Source of the DNA: Haliangiales bacterium
GTDB lineage: Bacteria > Myxococcota_A > Polyangia > Haliangiales > Haliangiaceae
Assembly: GCA_041916575.1 (NCBI GenBank)
Contig: JAYRZI010000002.1
Coordinates: 85,117-149,116 of the forward strand
Direction of reading: 5' to 3'
Length of the DNA: 64,000 nt
Part shown: positions 63,584 through 64,000 of the stretch, piece after piece
How positions within the stretch are numbered: position 1 is the first letter of the stretch
How the letters are laid out: each line of letters opens with the position of its first letter
Position numbers and translations under genes: made by a program
Notes under the pieces: generated by a model
What the model saw: the letters and a program-made list of their open reading frames with translations, nothing else
What the model was told of the DNA's origin: nothing
The model's database searches: none

Positions 63584-64000
63584 TCTGACAGAAAGCCGGT
63601 GGCTGTGTTCATTGGCCCGCCAACCTGTCGCTGCTGTCCGAAGCGGGGACCGACGCCAACGTCACGGCTGCTGGAGCAGCGGATCGAGAAGCATCTTCTC
63701 CAGGGGCCGCTGCTGTGACGCCGCATTTCTCCACTGTTGTTCAGTCCCTCTCGAAGAGTTTGCGTCCACGTTTCGGCAGAGTCCTGGCAGGTGACATACC
63801 CCTCCGAGGCCTGGTCTTCTGGATCGAGGACGGCGTGCGCTCGGTAGCCCTTCCGGAAGAGGAGCTGAAGGCAGGTGTTCCAGACATTGGGGTGGCTGCT
63901 GAGCGTGGGCATGTTGCCTTGCCTTCCTTCATCCATAGTCTCCTTGCGAGGCGAGCGCCCGCAATCGCGCGTGGCGTGCGCGGCGTCACGTGGGGAGAGC

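Noticed and set aside
62893-63936. 347-aa minus-strand ORF overlapping the 3' end of the DUF262 gene
   Set aside because: It is mostly antisense to a gene with clear motifs. Only the last about 110 codons lie outside, and they have no recognisable features.

Overview
This is a high-GC (about 70%) chromosomal segment, most likely from a myxobacterium or close deltaproteobacterial relative, judged from a MYXO-CTERM-type C-terminus and the abundance of lipoprotein, TPR and PEGA proteins. I support about 57 protein-coding genes from the ORF track and from motifs read by eye; no tRNA, rRNA or CRISPR array was found. Core content: a three-subunit molybdo-hydroxylase operon, glgB and a GH57 glycosidase, cystathionine beta-synthase, a small DNA-repair operon (3'-5' exonuclease, 3-methyladenine glycosylase, ferredoxin), MutS2, topoisomerase IV parC-parE, class II DAHP synthase, ndk and sucCD. 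Lineage-specific secreted, lipoprotein and TPR genes are interspersed. The ORF finder reports GTG and TTG starts as M, and many long ORFs are antisense artefacts of GC-rich coding DNA. Both points were taken into account. The best candidate for a new system is a tightly coupled three-gene cassette at 59.7-63.6 kb directly downstream of sucD: an ABC-type ATPase with a DUF3696-like C-terminus, a Toprim-like protein (E...DxD and a KREIENYL-type motif, PARIS AriB or OLD-like), and a DUF262 protein. This has the look of an anti-phage defence island with a component combination I do not recognise as a named system. A second candidate is a lower-GC cluster at 48.2-51.4 kb: a ParA/MinD-like ATPase, two Roadblock/LC7-fold proteins and a TPR/Pro-rich protein. 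Other oddities are three tandem paralogous small lipoproteins, a secreted protein with four roughly 70-aa repeats, a roughly 240-bp hexanucleotide microsatellite, and a perfect 18-bp x5 repeat encoding (GSGGSS)5 at the 5' end of parC. All domain calls are by eye and unverified.
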